Under the pieces are notes generated by a model. It did no database searches, had not been told where the DNA came from, and saw only the letters and a list, made by a program, of their open reading frames with translations. The position numbers were made by a program, and so were the translations under genes. Below are positions 37,627 through 49,935 of a stretch of 64,000 nucleotides of DNA, piece after piece. How positions within the stretch are numbered: the stretch's first letter is position 1; each line of letters begins with the position of its first letter. This DNA comes from Alphaproteobacteria bacterium (GTDB taxonomy: Bacteria > Pseudomonadota > Alphaproteobacteria > UBA9219 > RGZA01). The DNA lies in NCBI GenBank assembly GCA_021732145.1, contig JAKFVN010000005.1, positions 7,019 to 71,018 on the forward strand. The letters are read 5' to 3'.

Positions 37627-37681
37627 GCAGACTCCATCAGTGAATTCAGTGAATTCACTCTGGCGCAAGCATATGGCTTTG

Positions 37682-40561
37682 TCAGGCAGATTGTGTGCGC
37701 TTTTTCTGCGCGGTTTCAGGCAAATAGGGCTTCAGGTATTTGCCGGTATAGCTGGCTTCACATGCCGCTACATCTTCGGGTGTGCCTTCGGCAACGATTT
37801 CACCGCCGCGATCACCGCCATCCGGGCCTAGATCAATAATCCAGTCGGCGGTTTTAATCACTTCCAGATTATGTTCGATGACCACAACTGTGTTGCCTTG
37901 GTCAACCAGCGTATGCAGCACTTCCAGTAAACGTTTCACGTCTTCGAAGTGCAGGCCCGTTGTGGGTTCATCCAAGATATAGAATGTTTTGCCCGTTGAA
38001 CGGCGTGATAATTCCTTGGCCAGCTTCACGCGTTGCGCTTCGCCGCCCGAAAGCGTCGTTGCGTTCTGGCCGATGGCCATATAGCTGAGGCCAACCTGGT
38101 TTAGCGTCGCAATCTTATCGCGGATGGACGGGATGCTTTCAAAGAACATCAGGCCTTCTTCCACATTCATGTTCAATACATCGCTGATGGATTTGTCTTT
38201 CCACGTCACTTGCAGCGTTTCGCGGTTATAGCGCTTGCCATTGCATTCATCACACGTCACATACACATCCGGCAGGAAGTGCATTTCGATTTTGATAACG
38301 CCGTCACCTTCGCAGGCTTCGCAGCGGCCGCCCTTTACGTTGAATGAAAAACGGCCGGGGCCATACCCGCGCGCCTTTGCTTCGGGCAGCCCCGCAAACC
38401 AATCGCGGATTGGCGCAAATGCGCCGGTATAGGTGGCGGGGTTCGAACGCGGCGTGCGGCCAATGGGCGATTGGTCGATATCAATCACCTTGTCAATCAG
38501 GCTGAGGCCTTTAATCGATTTGTGCGGGCCTGGAATATCCCGTGCATCGTTCAATTCCTGCGCAATACCACGGAAGAGTGTTTCAAGAATAAGCGTCGAT
38601 TTACCCGAACCCGACACGCCGGTAACACAGGTGAACGTACCCTGCGGAATTTTGGTGGAAACATTTTTCAGATTGTTGCCCGATGCGCCGGTGATTTCAA
38701 TGAATTCACCCTTGCGGCCCGCGCGGCGTTTTTCCGGCAATGGAATTTTGCGTTTGCCGGATAGATAAAGCGCGGTGAGGCTGTGCGGATTTTTAGTGAC
38801 TTCATCCGGTGTGCCTTGCGCAATTACCTTGCCGCCGTGAATACCTGCGCCCGGGCCGATATCCACCAAATGATCTGCGGCGCGAATGGCGTCTTCATCA
38901 TGTTCCACCACAATTACGGTGTTCCCCAGTTCACGAAGACGGCGTAGCGTTTCCAGCAAGCGGTCGTTATCGCGTTGATGGAGGCCGATACTGGGTTCAT
39001 CAAGCACATATAATACACCCGTAAGGCCCGAACCAATTTGCGATGCAAGCCGAATGCGCTGGCTTTCTCCGCCGGATAATGTGCCGGAATGGCGCGATAG
39101 CGATAGGTAATCAAGCCCCACATTCACAAGGAACCCAAGGCGTTCATTGATTTCCTTTAAAATACGCGCGGCGATTTCTTTTTCTTTTGGTTTTAATGCG
39201 GTGTGCAGATTTTTAAACCATGCGGCGGCGTTTAAAATGGAAAGGTCGCCAATCTCGGCAATATTTTTCTTGTCAATCTTTACTGCCAGCGCTTCAGCCT
39301 TCAACCGTTGACCGTGACACGCATCGCAAGGGCGCGTGTTCTGATACTTGCTCATATCCTCGCGCTTCCAGTTGCTTTCGGTTTCCTTAAAGCGGCGCTC
39401 CAGATTTGCCAGTACACCTTCAAACGGCTTGTTGACCTTTAAATACCCATTCGCGCTTTCCCATGTGTAGGGAAGCGGTTCATCACCCGTGCCGTTTAAA
39501 ATAATGTCCTTGGTTTTTTCAGGCAGCTTTTTCCACGGGTCGTTTATCTTCCCGCCGAATTTCTTACAAATCGCCTCCAGCACTGATGTATAATACGTCT
39601 TCCACGGTGCAATCGCGCCATCTGCCAAACTGATATTCTCATTCGGGATGACCAGTTTGGGGTCGAAAATCATTTTCTCGCCGAGGCCATCGCAATTCGG
39701 GCATGCGCCATGCGGGTTGTTGAAGGAGAATAAGCGCGGTTCGATTTCTTCAATCGTGAAGCCGCTGACGGGGCAGGCGAATTTCGCGGAGTACACATGG
39801 CGTTTGCCGCCATCTACTTCTTCCACGAACACCAAGCCTTCGCCCATCTTCAATGCGGTTTCGATGGAGTCAGCTACGCGATTCCCCCCATTTTTTTCTG
39901 GGCCATCTTTCTTCACCACCAAACGGTCAACGACGACTTCGATATCGTGTTTGAGTTTTTTATCCAGCTTTGGCAAATCATCGGCTTCGTAAAGTTTTCC
40001 ATCAATCTTGAAGCGCTGAAATCCTTTTTTATGAAGTTCGACCAGTTCCTTTTTATATTCACCCTTGCGGCCACGCACGATGGGCGCGAGGAGGAGTAGC
40101 TTCGTTCCTTCCTTCATCGCCGCGATGCGGTCAACCATTTGGCTCACCGTCTGGCTTTCAATCGGCAGGCCTGTTGCAGGTGAATAGGGAACGCCCACGC
40201 GTGCCCACAGCAAACGCATATAGTCGTAAATTTCGGTAACGGTACCAACAGTGGAACGCGGATTGCGCGATGTGGTTTTTTGTTCAATGGAGATGGCGGG
40301 CGATAGGCCTTCGATAGAGTCCACATCCGGCTTTTGCATCATTTCCAAAAACTGGCGCGCATAGGCCGAAAGGCTTTCCACGTAACGGCGCTGGCCTTCG
40401 GCATAAATGGTATCGAAGGCGAGGGAGGATTTGCCAGAACCAGACAAGCCCGTTATCACCACCAACTTGTTCTTTGGCAGTGATATATCAATGTTCTTCA
40501 GGTTATGTTCGCGCGCACCTTTAATAACAATTTGCGGTTCGCTGCTTTGCTTACTTGCCAT
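37682..40561 (-). CDS. uvrA: excinuclease ABC subunit A
   Basis: [33 protein letters not shown], two LSGGE signatures, zinc fingers. Confidence 0.99.
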   Translation of the reverse strand: MASKQSSEPQIVIKGAREHNLKNIDISLPKNKLVVITGLSGSGKSSLAFDTIYAEGQRRYVESLSAYARQFLEMMQKPDVDSIEGLSPAISIEQKTTSRNPRSTVGTVTEIYDYMRLLWARVGVPYSPATGLPIESQTVSQMVDRIAAMKEGTKLLLLAPIVRGRKGEYKKELVELHKKGFQRFKIDGKLYEADDLPKLDKKLKHDIEVVVDRLVVKKDGPEKNGGNRVADSIETALKMGEGLVFVEEVDGGKRHVYSAKFACPVSGFTIEEIEPRLFSFNNPHGACPNCDGLGEKMIFDPKLVIPNENISLADGAIAPWKTYYTSVLEAICKKFGGKINDPWKKLPEKTKDIILNGTGDEPLPYTWESANGYLKVNKPFEGVLANLERRFKETESNWKREDMSKYQNTRPCDACHGQRLKAEALAVKIDKKNIAEIGDLSILNAAAWFKNLHTALKPKEKEIAARILKEINERLGFLVNVGLDYLSLSRHSGTLSGGESQRIRLASQIGSGLTGVLYVLDEPSIGLHQRDNDRLLETLRRLRELGNTVIVVEHDEDAIRAADHLVDIGPGAGIHGGKVIAQGTPDEVTKNPHSLTALYLSGKRKIPLPEKRRAGRKGEFIEITGASGNNLKNVSTKIPQGTFTCVTGVSGSGKSTLILETLFRGIAQELNDARDIPGPHKSIKGLSLIDKVIDIDQSPIGRTPRSNPATYTGAFAPIRDWFAGLPEAKARGYGPGRFSFNVKGGRCEACEGDGVIKIEMHFLPDVYVTCDECNGKRYNRETLQVTWKDKSISDVLNMNVEEGLMFFESIPSIRDKIATLNQVGLSYMAIGQNATTLSGGEAQRVKLAKELSRRSTGKTFYILDEPTTGLHFEDVKRLLEVLHTLVDQGNTVVVIEHNLEVIKTADWIIDLGPDGGDRGGEIVAEGTPEDVAACEASYTGKYLKPYLPETAQKKRTQSA

Positions 40562-40619
40562 GACTTATCCACAGTTTATCGGTGAACACATCATATAACG
40601 TAGGCTTTGATAAAAACAA

Positions 40620-40634
40620 GAACTTGTCGTGAAC
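40620..40634. promoter_or_regulatory. alphaproteobacterial LexA (SOS) box in the uvrA/ssb divergent region
   Basis: GAAC-TTGTCGT-GAAC matches GAAC-N7-GAAC. Confidence 0.8.
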
Positions 40635-40683
40635 AAAATTGTGCAATAAGGTCGGGGTCTCACATTTTAAAAATAGGTGCAAC

Positions 40684-41190
40684 ATGGCAGGCAGCGTTAA
40701 TAAAGTTATTTTAGTAGGTAATTTGGGCAAAGACCCTGAAGTTCGTTCATTCCAGAATGGCGGGCGCGTAGCCAATTTCTCCGTTGCGACGTCAGAGAAC
40801 TGGAAAGACAAGGCAACCGGTGAGAGAAAAGAAAAAACCGAGTGGCACAAGATTGAAATTTACAATGACCGCATCGTGGATGTTGCCGAAAAATACCTAA
40901 GAAAAGGCAGCAAGGTATACATTGAAGGCGCATTGGAAACCCGCAAATACACCGATAAGGAAGGCCAGGAACGCTACACAACCGCAGTTGTGATTAAGCA
41001 GTTCAGGGGCGAGCTGACCATGCTGGATGGCAAGAGCGGCGGCGGTTCGGGCGCAGGTGATTATTCCGTTGATGATGCATCAAATGACAGCGGTTCATCA
41101 TTCGCGCCAGCGCAAAAGCGCGTGGCATCAGGCGGCTCAATGTCCGGTGGGGGCGGCGCATCAGACCTCGATGATGAAATTCCGTTTTAG
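40684..41190 (+). CDS. ssb: single-stranded DNA-binding protein
   Basis: [19 protein letters not shown]...DLDDEIPF. Confidence 0.98.
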   Translation: MAGSVNKVILVGNLGKDPEVRSFQNGGRVANFSVATSENWKDKATGERKEKTEWHKIEIYNDRIVDVAEKYLRKGSKVYIEGALETRKYTDKEGQERYTTAVVIKQFRGELTMLDGKSGGGSGAGDYSVDDASNDSGSSFAPAQKRVASGGSMSGGGGASDLDDEIPF

Positions 41191-41223
41191 ATTCTAATAA
41201 CGTCGTTAACAGAGGAGGGAAGC

Positions 41224-41517
41224 ATGAAGAACTTTGTATTTTTGCTTATTCTGCTAATGCCAATGGCTGCCTATGCTGATAGCTATTATAACGGTTATAT
41301 TAATAGGAATGGCAACTATGTGCAGCCGCACTATCAAACTGCACCTGACAACACCATGTTCAATAATTATTCAACCAAAGGAAATGTTAATCCTTATAAC
41401 GGTAATTTAGGAACAGTTAATCCATATCAGCCACACAATAACGGCTTAGGCACACATAACAGCTTTAATAATTCGCACAGCTTATATGGTTCGCATGGAG
41501 GTCGCCGTAGCAGGTAA
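41224..41517 (+). CDS. small exported Asn/Gly/Tyr-rich hypothetical protein
   Basis: Strong GGAGG SD, signal peptide, GNYVQPHYQTAPDNT...NYSTKGNVNPY motif. Confidence 0.75.
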   Translation: MKNFVFLLILLMPMAAYADSYYNGYINRNGNYVQPHYQTAPDNTMFNNYSTKGNVNPYNGNLGTVNPYQPHNNGLGTHNSFNNSHSLYGSHGGRRSR

Positions 41518-41528
41518 CCTGTCTGTGC

Positions 41529-44500
41529 ATGTTCATCCATCTCCGCACCCATTCGGCCTATTCGCTTCTTGAAGGCGCGATAAAGGTCAAAGACGTTGTC
41601 AAACTGGCAAAGCATAACCACATGCCTGCCGTTGCGATTACCGATACCAACAATATGTTTGGGGCGCTGGAATTCGCACTGGAAGCGGTGGAAAACGGCA
41701 TTCAACCGATTATGGGTTGCCAGCTTCGCTTGCTCGATAAATCCATTAAAGGGTTTGATAAAATTGCCGATGCATCGTTATTGCTGCTCGCGCAAAATGA
41801 GAAGGGGTATAAAAACCTCACACAGCTGGTCAGCGCCGCGTATTTGGATGCACCCGAAGATGTATCGCCGCATATTACATTGGCGAAGCTGGAAAAATAC
41901 AATGAAGGTATCATCGTTTTAACGGGCGGCGTGAATGGCCCCGTTGGCCAGTTGATTTTGACAGGGCAGGCCGCCAGCGCGGATGAGCTTATCCAGCGTG
42001 TGAATAAAGCGTTCAAAGGGCGGCTATACATTGAGCTGCAACGCCACAAGGAAGGCGATATCGGCGATAAGGAAGAGCGTACCGAAGGGCACTTTTTAGA
42101 TTTAGCCTATAAATATAACGTGCCGATTGTTGCGACGAATGATGTGCAATTCGCGATTGAAGAAATGAATGAAGCGCATGATGCGTTGCTGTGCATTGCA
42201 TCCAAAGGTTATGTCAGCGATACCGACCGCGCACGCGTGACAACTAACCATTATTTCAAAACCGCGGAGGAGATGGAAAATCTGTTTGATGATTTGCCGG
42301 AAGCCATCGTGAACACTGGCATCATCGCGCAGCGTTGCGCCTTCTGGCCAAAGAAACACAAACCGATTTTGCCGCCGTTTAAAACCGCATCTGGCTTGGA
42401 TGAAGTGGGCGAATTAAAACGCCAAGCGGAAGAAGGTTTAAAGAAACGCTACGTCACCAACACCTATATTACTGACAAGAAGCTGTATGAAGACCGCCTG
42501 AATTTCGAACTCGGCGTGATTACCAATATGGGTTTCGCGGGTTACTTCCTGATTGTTGCGGATTTCATTCAATGGGCGAAGGCGAATAATATTCCGGTTG
42601 GCCCCGGCCGTGGTTCGGGTGTGGGCTCGCTGGTTGCGTGGGCGCTGACGATTACCGACCTTGACCCCATTCCATTTGGCTTGCTGTTCGAGCGTTTCCT
42701 CAACCCCGAACGCGTATCGATGCCCGATTTCGATATCGACTTTTGCCAGGAACGCCGCGACGAAGTGATTGGCTATGTGCAGCAGCGTTATGGTAATGAC
42801 CGCGTCGCGCAGATTATCACGTTTGGTAAGTTGCAAGCGCGCGCGGTGCTGCGCAATGTTGGCCGCGTATTGGGCATGCCGCTGGGTTACGTTGACAAAA
42901 TTTGCAAGCTTGTGCCGTTTAATCCCGCCAACCCTGTCACGCTGAAAGATGCGGTGAAGGTTGAGCCGCAATTGAAAGCGCTGCGCGATGAAGATGCCAG
43001 CGTGGCGCAGTTGATTGATATTGCGCTGAAACTCGAAGGGTTATATGCGCACGCATCAACCCACGCGGCGGGTCTGGTGATTGGCGACAGGCCATTGCAG
43101 GAATTAATCCCCATGTACCGCGATCCGCGCTCCCCATTGCCGGTCACGCAGTTTAATATGAAAACGGTTGAGCAGGCGGGGCTGGTGAAGTTCGACTTTT
43201 TGGGCTTGAAAACGCTGGACGTATTGCAGCTTGCGGAAAAGATGGCGAAGGCGCAGGGCGCCGTCATTGATATCGGCAATCTGCCGCTCGATGATGCCAA
43301 GACGTATGAGATGATTGCCAAGGGCGACACGCTGGGCATCTTCCAGCTTGAAAGCGCGGGCATGCGCGACACGTTGCGCCGCATGAAGCCCAACCGCTTT
43401 GAAGACATCATCGCGCTGGTGGCGCTGTACCGCCCCGGCCCGATGGATAATATTCCCAAATACATCAAGGTGAAGGCGGGCGAAGAACAGCCGGATTATT
43501 TGCATCCATTGCTGGAACCGGTTTTAAAAGAAACTTATGGCATTGCGATTTATCAGGAACAAGTCATGCAAATTGCGCAGGTGCTGGCGGGTTATACGCT
43601 GGGCGGCGCTGACTTGCTGCGCCGCGCGATGGGTAAAAAGATCAAGGAAGAAATGGCCGCGCAGCGCCAAAGCTTTGTTGAAGGCGCCGCGAAAAAAGGC
43701 GTGGACGGCGAGCAGGCATCGATGATTTTTGATCAGGTCGATAAGTTTGCAGGCTATGGCTTCAATAAATCCCACGCGGCTGCTTATGCGCTCATTGCCT
43801 ATCAAACCGCGTATATGAAGGCGAATTATCCGGTCGCGTTCTATGCGGCATCGATGACATTCGAAATGGGCGCAGTCGATAAATTGAATTTATTCCGTCA
43901 GGAATTAACGCGCAAATCCATTCCATTACTGCCGCCCGATGTGAACAAAAGCCATGATGTGTTCGCGATGGAAGATGTGGGTGAGGGTAAGCAGGGCATT
44001 CGTTATGCATTGGCCGCGATTAAGGGCGTGGGGAGTGCAGCGATGAAAGCGCTGGTCGCGGAGCGCGAAGCACAAGGAAAATTCAAAGACATGTTCGAAT
44101 TTGCATCACGGCTTGATAACCGCGTGATGAATAAACGCCAGATGGAAAACCTGATTAACGCCGGCGCGTTCGATGGCATGCACAAAAACCGCGCGCAGCT
44201 GATTGACCATGTTGAAATGTTCACGCGGCTTGCCAGCGCGGCATCGCAGGAACGTGAAAGCGGCCAGGTCAGCATGTTTGGCAATGCGCAGAACATCAGC
44301 AAGCCGCAAATGCAGGATGTGAAGCCGTGGGATGAGCTGGTAAAACTGCAAAACGAATTCTCCGCGCTGGGTTTCTTCCTTTCATCGCATCCACTCGATG
44401 CATACCGCCCGCTGTTAGATAGATTGGGCGCGATTAAAGCATCGGGCCTTGCGGGTGCAGCAGGTTCATCGGGTTCCACGCGGCGCAAGATTGCGGGCAT

Positions 44501-44960
44501 TGTGATTTCAAAGCAGGAACGCACGGCAAAATCGGGCAACCGTTTTGCGTTTGTGCAGCTTTCCGATAATTCCGGTATGTTTGAAGCAACATTATTCTCC
44601 GAAACACTTTCTGTTCACCGTGATAGTCTGGTGGCAGGAACACCGTTGCTGCTGAGCGTGGATGTGCAGGGCAAGCCCGATGAATACCGTTTGACGGTGC
44701 AGGGTTTGGAAAAACTGGAGATGGTCGCGGCGCGCGAAAGCCAAGGGCTTGCGCTGGTGCTCGGCATGGATAGGGCGGTTGGGCCATTACAGGCAATCGC
44801 AGCCAAGCTGCCCAAGGGCAAAAGCCGTATCCAGATTAAAATCGACATTGATGGGGAAGAGGAGGCGGAGATTGAACTGGCGGGCCGCTATACCATTGCG
44901 CCGGAAATGCGCAGTGAAATCAAATCGCTGAACGGAATTCTTGAGGTGCAGGATTTATAG
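41529..44960 (+). CDS. dnaE: DNA polymerase III alpha subunit
   Basis: HLRTHSAYSLLEGA PHP domain, GPGRGSG, PDFDIDF, GYGFNKSHAAAY. Confidence 0.99.
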   Translation: MFIHLRTHSAYSLLEGAIKVKDVVKLAKHNHMPAVAITDTNNMFGALEFALEAVENGIQPIMGCQLRLLDKSIKGFDKIADASLLLLAQNEKGYKNLTQLVSAAYLDAPEDVSPHITLAKLEKYNEGIIVLTGGVNGPVGQLILTGQAASADELIQRVNKAFKGRLYIELQRHKEGDIGDKEERTEGHFLDLAYKYNVPIVATNDVQFAIEEMNEAHDALLCIASKGYVSDTDRARVTTNHYFKTAEEMENLFDDLPEAIVNTGIIAQRCAFWPKKHKPILPPFKTASGLDEVGELKRQAEEGLKKRYVTNTYITDKKLYEDRLNFELGVITNMGFAGYFLIVADFIQWAKANNIPVGPGRGSGVGSLVAWALTITDLDPIPFGLLFERFLNPERVSMPDFDIDFCQERRDEVIGYVQQRYGNDRVAQIITFGKLQARAVLRNVGRVLGMPLGYVDKICKLVPFNPANPVTLKDAVKVEPQLKALRDEDASVAQLIDIALKLEGLYAHASTHAAGLVIGDRPLQELIPMYRDPRSPLPVTQFNMKTVEQAGLVKFDFLGLKTLDVLQLAEKMAKAQGAVIDIGNLPLDDAKTYEMIAKGDTLGIFQLESAGMRDTLRRMKPNRFEDIIALVALYRPGPMDNIPKYIKVKAGEEQPDYLHPLLEPVLKETYGIAIYQEQVMQIAQVLAGYTLGGADLLRRAMGKKIKEEMAAQRQSFVEGAAKKGVDGEQASMIFDQVDKFAGYGFNKSHAAAYALIAYQTAYMKANYPVAFYAASMTFEMGAVDKLNLFRQELTRKSIPLLPPDVNKSHDVFAMEDVGEGKQGIRYALAAIKGVGSAAMKALVAEREAQGKFKDMFEFASRLDNRVMNKRQMENLINAGAFDGMHKNRAQLIDHVEMFTRLASAASQERESGQVSMFGNAQNISKPQMQDVKPWDELVKLQNEFSALGFFLSSHPLDAYRPLLDRLGAIKASGLAGAAGSSGSTRRKIAGIVISKQERTAKSGNRFAFVQLSDNSGMFEATLFSETLSVHRDSLVAGTPLLLSVDVQGKPDEYRLTVQGLEKLEMVAARESQGLALVLGMDRAVGPLQAIAAKLPKGKSRIQIKIDIDGEEEAEIELAGRYTIAPEMRSEIKSLNGILEVQDL

Positions 44961-45230
44961 GTTCTGCCCAAATCTTCTGGGTTATGTACAATTATTAATG
45001 AACCAAATATCTGCTTGCAATCGGGGCGGAACATCCCTAGAACATCGCTCACAACTTCATTAAGAAGTTTAACTTTAAATCACACGTAAACATATCACAG
45101 GCAAGTTTAGGCCTATGGGTGGACAAAAAAACTACCCTGCTGCCGTCCGGTGTTAGAAAACTCTTTTTCATTAAAGAGGGCTAATCACAACAGACTTGCC
45201 GACGTATTAACCGGAGAAAGGGAACACCAT

Positions 45231-46010
45231 ATGGCAATGCCATCATTCAGCATGCGTCAGCTCATGGAAGCAGGCGTACATTTCGGACATAACACGCGCC
45301 GTTGGAATCCGAAGATGTCTTCGTATCTTTTCGGCGTTCGTAATAACGTGCACATCATCGATTTGGAACAAACCGTTCCATTGCTTTACCGTGGCCTGAA
45401 CGCCATTCGCGATGTGGTATCGCAAGGCGGCCGCGTTCTTTTCGTTGGCACCAAGCACCAGGCCCAGGAAAAAATCGCAGCTTCTGCCCGTCAATGCGGC
45501 CAGTACTTCGTCAACAGCCGCTGGCTGGGCGGCATGCTCACCAACTGGAAGACCATTTCATACTCCATTAAGCGCCTGCGCGATTTGGAAACCGAAATCG
45601 TTGAGCAAGCTGCAAAGCTGACCAAGAAAGAACTTTTGGAAAAGACCCGTGAACGCAACAAGCTGGAACAGGCTTTGGGCGGCATTAAAGACATGGGCGG
45701 CTTGCCAGATATCATCTTCATCATCGATACCAACAAGGAAGATATCGCGGTGAAGGAAGCGCAAAAGCTTGGCATCCCCGTGGTTGCCGTTCTTGACAGC
45801 AACTCCGATCCATCGGGCATTGCATACCCCGTTCCAGGTAACGATGACGCGCTGCGCGCCATTGAATTCTACTGCGATGTGGTTGCGCAATCCGTTCTTG
45901 ATGGCCTGCAAAAAGAAATGGTTGCCAGCGGTATTGATTTGGGCGCGGCAGAAAAGCCAGCTGAAATCCTGCTGCCAACCGGCGTAGCAAACGACACCAA
46001 GACTGCTTAA
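45231..46010 (+). CDS. rpsB: 30S ribosomal protein S2
   Basis: MEAGVHFGH...[20 protein letters not shown]. Confidence 0.98.
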   Translation: MAMPSFSMRQLMEAGVHFGHNTRRWNPKMSSYLFGVRNNVHIIDLEQTVPLLYRGLNAIRDVVSQGGRVLFVGTKHQAQEKIAASARQCGQYFVNSRWLGGMLTNWKTISYSIKRLRDLETEIVEQAAKLTKKELLEKTRERNKLEQALGGIKDMGGLPDIIFIIDTNKEDIAVKEAQKLGIPVVAVLDSNSDPSGIAYPVPGNDDALRAIEFYCDVVAQSVLDGLQKEMVASGIDLGAAEKPAEILLPTGVANDTKTA

Positions 46011-46043
46011 GACTTAACGACCTACCATATATAAGAGGAACTC

Positions 46044-46967
46044 ATGGCGGAAATTTCTGCAAATGCGGTAAAGGAACTGCGCGAAAAAACGGGCGCAGGC
46101 ATGATGGATTGCAAGAAGGCTTTGACTGAAAGCTCTGGCGACATGGAAGCAGCGGTTGATTGGCTGCGCAAAAAGGGCCTTTCCGCAGCTGCCAAGAAAG
46201 CTGGCCGTGTTGCGGCAGAAGGCCTCGTTGCAGTTGTTGCTTCCGGCACCAAGGGCACCGCGGTGGAAGTGAATGCGGAAACCGACTTCGTTGGCCGCAA
46301 TGAAGGCTTCCAATCCTATGTTCGCACGGTTGCTGATGTTGCGCACACCACCACAACCGACATTGAAAAGCTGAAGACCCAAGCATACCCCGGCACAGGC
46401 CGCGACGTGTTTGGCGAAATCACCAACCTGATTGCAACCGTGGGTGAAAACATGAACCTTCGCCGTGCCACGCAAGTCAGCGTGAAGGAAGGCATTGTTG
46501 CCAGCTATATGCACAACGCAATCGCCCCCGGCATTGGTAAGATTGGCGTGCTCGTTGCGCTGGAATCCAAGGCGGATGTGAGCAAGCTGCAAGCATTGGG
46601 CAAGCAAATTGCCATGCACATTGCGGCGGCGCGTCCTGAATTCCTCGATGCAAGCAGCGTGGATGCCAAGGCATTGGAACGTGAACGCGCGATTTTCACC
46701 GAACAAGCGCAAGCCGCAGGCAAGCCAGCCGAAATCATCGCCAAGATGGTCGATGGCCGCATCAAGAAGTACTACGAAGAAGTATGCCTGCTTGAGCAGA
46801 CCTTTGTCGTGGACGGCGAAACCAAGATTAAGGCTGTTGTTGAAAAAGCAGCCAAAGACCTTGGTACACCCGTGCAATTGACCGCTTTTGTTCGTTATCA
46901 CCTTGGTGAAGGAATCGAGAAAGAACAGACGGACTTTGCCGCTGAAGTTGCTAAGATGGCTAGCTAG
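46044..46967 (+). CDS. tsf: elongation factor Ts
   Basis: [28 protein letters not shown]. Confidence 0.98.
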   Translation: MAEISANAVKELREKTGAGMMDCKKALTESSGDMEAAVDWLRKKGLSAAAKKAGRVAAEGLVAVVASGTKGTAVEVNAETDFVGRNEGFQSYVRTVADVAHTTTTDIEKLKTQAYPGTGRDVFGEITNLIATVGENMNLRRATQVSVKEGIVASYMHNAIAPGIGKIGVLVALESKADVSKLQALGKQIAMHIAAARPEFLDASSVDAKALERERAIFTEQAQAAGKPAEIIAKMVDGRIKKYYEEVCLLEQTFVVDGETKIKAVVEKAAKDLGTPVQLTAFVRYHLGEGIEKEQTDFAAEVAKMAS

Positions 46968-47024
46968 TACGTCGCTGCTTTCTGGCGTTGGTTTTTTTCA
47001 GGTGGTTTGGATGGGGAGAAATAC

Positions 47025-47810
47025 ATGGCTGATAATCTCGCACGTAAAAATGTTAAGGATGATGCCATGAATTCTTCTGGGAATACTTCCATCAAGCCCG
47101 CAAAATACCAGCGCATTCTTCTCAAGCTTTCCGGTGAAGCCTTGATGGGCGAGCGCGATTACGGCCTTGACCAAACGGTGCTTGACCGCGTTGCCGAGGA
47201 AATCAAGGACGTTGTATCCAAGGGCATTCAGGTATGCGTGGTAATTGGCGGCGGAAATATTTTCCGCGGCGTATCCGGCGCAGCCAGCGGCATGGAGCGC
47301 GCCACCGCCGATTACATGGGTATGCTTGCCACGATGATGAATGCGCTGGCGATGCAAAATGCCTTGGAAAAAGTTTCCGTTCAAACCCGCGTGCAATCCG
47401 CCATTCCGATGGCGGCTGTGTGCGAACCCTATATTCGCCGTCGCGCCATCCGCCACATGGAAAAAGGCCGCGTGGTGATTTTCGCAGCCGGTACCGGCAA
47501 CCCGTTCTTTACAACCGACACAGCCGCCGCGCTTCGTGCATCCGAAATGGGCTGCGATGCGCTGATTAAAGCAACCAAGGTGGATGGTGTTTATTCCGCC
47601 GACCCACGCAAGGATAAGAACGCGACCCGCTTTGAACGCCTGACATATCTGGATGTTCTGACCAAGGATCTGGAAGTGATGGATGCATCCGCCATTTCAT
47701 TGGCACGGCAAAGCCGCATTCCGATTATCGTATTCTCCATCTTCTCGCATGGCGAACTTGCCGAAGTTGTTCAAGGCAAGGGACGCTTCACCATCATTAC
47801 CGAAAACTAG
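47025..47810 (+). CDS. pyrH: UMP kinase (start uncertain)
   Basis: [29 protein letters not shown]. Confidence 0.97.
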   Translation: MADNLARKNVKDDAMNSSGNTSIKPAKYQRILLKLSGEALMGERDYGLDQTVLDRVAEEIKDVVSKGIQVCVVIGGGNIFRGVSGAASGMERATADYMGMLATMMNALAMQNALEKVSVQTRVQSAIPMAAVCEPYIRRRAIRHMEKGRVVIFAAGTGNPFFTTDTAAALRASEMGCDALIKATKVDGVYSADPRKDKNATRFERLTYLDVLTKDLEVMDASAISLARQSRIPIIVFSIFSHGELAEVVQGKGRFTIITEN

Positions 47811-47821
47811 GAAGACACATC

Positions 47822-48373
47822 ATGGCTATTCTCGATGATTTGAAGCACCGCATGGACGGTTCGCTCGACAGCTTTAAAAAAGAACTCGCTGGCCTGCGCA
47901 CCGGCCGCGCCAATGTCGGCATGCTGGAACCGGTGATGGTGGAAGCGTATGGCAACATGATGCCGCTCAATCAGGTTGCAACCATCAGCGTTGCCGAACC
48001 GCGTTTGCTGACCGTGCAGGTGTGGGATAAGGGCATGGGCAAGAATGTTGAAAAAGCCATTCGTGACGCTGGGCTGGGCTTGAACCCGCAAGGCGACGGC
48101 CAACTTATCCGCGTGCCGGTGCCTGATTTAACGCAGGAACGCCGCACTGAACTTTCCAAAGTTGCCGGCAAATACGCCGAAGCCGCGCGCGTCGCCGTGC
48201 GCAACGTGCGCCGTGATGGCATGGATGATTTGAAGAAGCAGGAAAAAGAAAAGAAGATTGGCGAGGACGAGCACAAGTCGCTGTCTGAAAAAATCCAGAA
48301 GCTGACCGATGAAGTCATCAAGAAAATTGATGAAGCATTGGCGCACAAAGAAAAAGACATCATGGTTGTTTAA
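47822..48373 (+). CDS. frr: ribosome recycling factor
   Basis: [23 protein letters not shown]. Confidence 0.98.
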   Translation: MAILDDLKHRMDGSLDSFKKELAGLRTGRANVGMLEPVMVEAYGNMMPLNQVATISVAEPRLLTVQVWDKGMGKNVEKAIRDAGLGLNPQGDGQLIRVPVPDLTQERRTELSKVAGKYAEAARVAVRNVRRDGMDDLKKQEKEKKIGEDEHKSLSEKIQKLTDEVIKKIDEALAHKEKDIMVV

Positions 48374-48394
48374 GCGACAATTGGGGCTAGACGC

Positions 48395-49117
48395 ATGAGC
48401 ACTCCTCCCGCGATCACAACGCCTCGGCATGTCGCGATTATCATGGATGGCAATGGCCGCTGGGCTGCTGCGCGCCATGTGCCGCGCGTGATGGGGCACA
48501 AGGCCGGCATTGATGCGGTGCGCCGCGCCCTGCAATCGGCGGCGGATGCGGGCATTCCTTATTTAACCTTATATGGTTTCTCATCGGAAAACTGGAAACG
48601 CCCCAGCGATGAAGTGCAGGATTTGATGGGGTTGCTGCGCCTTTATCTGCAAGGCGAACTCGCGCAGCTTCATAAAGAACAGGTTCGCCTGCGCATTATT
48701 GGTGACCGCAGCCGGTTTGACGCGGACATTATCGGCCTGATTGAAAAAGCTGAGGAGCTGACCGCCAAGAACACGCGGCTGAATTTAACCGTGGCGCTCA
48801 GCTATGGCGGACGGCAGGAAATGGTGCGCGCGGTGCAGATGCTGGCCGAAAAAGCCGCCGCAGGCGTGATTGCACCCGAAGCGATTGATGAAGCGGCGGT
48901 ATCGTCGCAGCTTTATACGCAGGATATTCCAGATCCTGATTTAATCATCCGCACATCGGGTGAAAAGCGCATCAGCAATTTTTTGCTGTGGCAATCGGCA
49001 TATGCGGAATTTGTCTTCCTTGATACGCTATGGCCGGATTTCACCGCCGAAGACATGAACCGCGCCCTGGATGAATTCAACAAGCGCGAGCGCCGCTACG
49101 GTGCGCGTGCATCATGA
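48395..49117 (+). CDS. uppS: undecaprenyl diphosphate synthase
   Basis: HVAIIMDGNGRWA, FSSENWKRP, IRTSGEKRISNFLLWQ. Confidence 0.97.
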   Translation: MSTPPAITTPRHVAIIMDGNGRWAAARHVPRVMGHKAGIDAVRRALQSAADAGIPYLTLYGFSSENWKRPSDEVQDLMGLLRLYLQGELAQLHKEQVRLRIIGDRSRFDADIIGLIEKAEELTAKNTRLNLTVALSYGGRQEMVRAVQMLAEKAAAGVIAPEAIDEAAVSSQLYTQDIPDPDLIIRTSGEKRISNFLLWQSAYAEFVFLDTLWPDFTAEDMNRALDEFNKRERRYGARAS

Positions 49118-49935
49118 GTTTGTTTCGTGTTTCGAAGAATTTGCTGATCCGCATTGCAAGCGCATTGGTGCTTGCGCCATCGTTCTTGGCGTTGCTTGCG
49201 CTGAACGGGTTGCCGTTTCAAAGCCTGATGCTGCTGGGCTGCCTGTTCGCCGGCTATGAATGGCTCGCGATGCTGAACCCGCAACAACAAAAACGCGTAT
49301 GGGTAAGCGTGCTGTTTTCGCTTGCGCTGACATGGGGGATTGCGTTGCAGGCCGATACCACGACAGCATTCATTTTGTGCCTGTCGCTCAGCCTGGTTTT
49401 GATGGTTGGCTTCTGGCTCGGCAAGGTTCAAAAGCCCGTATTGTTATCGATGGGTGTTTCGTATCTCGGCTCCGCGATGCTTGGCTTGCTTGATCTTCGG
49501 AATGTCGGGGGCTTTAGTCTGGCGGCGACGGTGGTGGTGGTTGTGTGGTTCACCGATATTGGTGCGTTTTTTTCGGGCAAGATGCTGCGCGGGGCAAAGC
49601 TTGCTCCCGATATCAGCCCAAGCAAGACATGGACGGGGTTCATGGGCGGGCTGATTTGCGCGGCTGCTATCGCATATGCCTGCGCATGGCTGTTTTCTGC
49701 AAAAAACCCCCTGATTGCGCTGTACGCGGGGCTTGGCTTGTCATTGGCCGCCCATTGTGGTGACCTGTTCGAATCCTGGGTAAAACGCCAGGCCGGCGTT
49801 AAGGATAGCGGCGTGATTTTCCCGGGACATGGCGGTATGCTCGACCGTGTCGATGGATTAATAATGGCCGTTCTGCTATCTTCGGTCGCCCTGTGGGCCA
49901 GTGGATTTGATTTGTCCTGGTGGGATGTACAATAG
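49114..49935 (+). CDS. cdsA: phosphatidate cytidylyltransferase
   Basis: ISPSKTWTG, GDLFESWVKRQAGVKDSG...PGHGGMLDRVDG. Confidence 0.96.
   Translation: MSLFRVSKNLLIRIASALVLAPSFLALLALNGLPFQSLMLLGCLFAGYEWLAMLNPQQQKRVWVSVLFSLALTWGIALQADTTTAFILCLSLSLVLMVGFWLGKVQKPVLLSMGVSYLGSAMLGLLDLRNVGGFSLAATVVVVVWFTDIGAFFSGKMLRGAKLAPDISPSKTWTGFMGGLICAAAIAYACAWLFSAKNPLIALYAGLGLSLAAHCGDLFESWVKRQAGVKDSGVIFPGHGGMLDRVDGLIMAVLLSSVALWASGFDLSWWDVQ

Noticed and set aside
46014-46901. Long antisense ORFs (e.g. 46014..46901 -, 62865..63791 -, 18774..19547 -, 576..1205 +, 14..466 +)
   Set aside because: Shadow frames opposite well-supported genes, with no recognisable motifs
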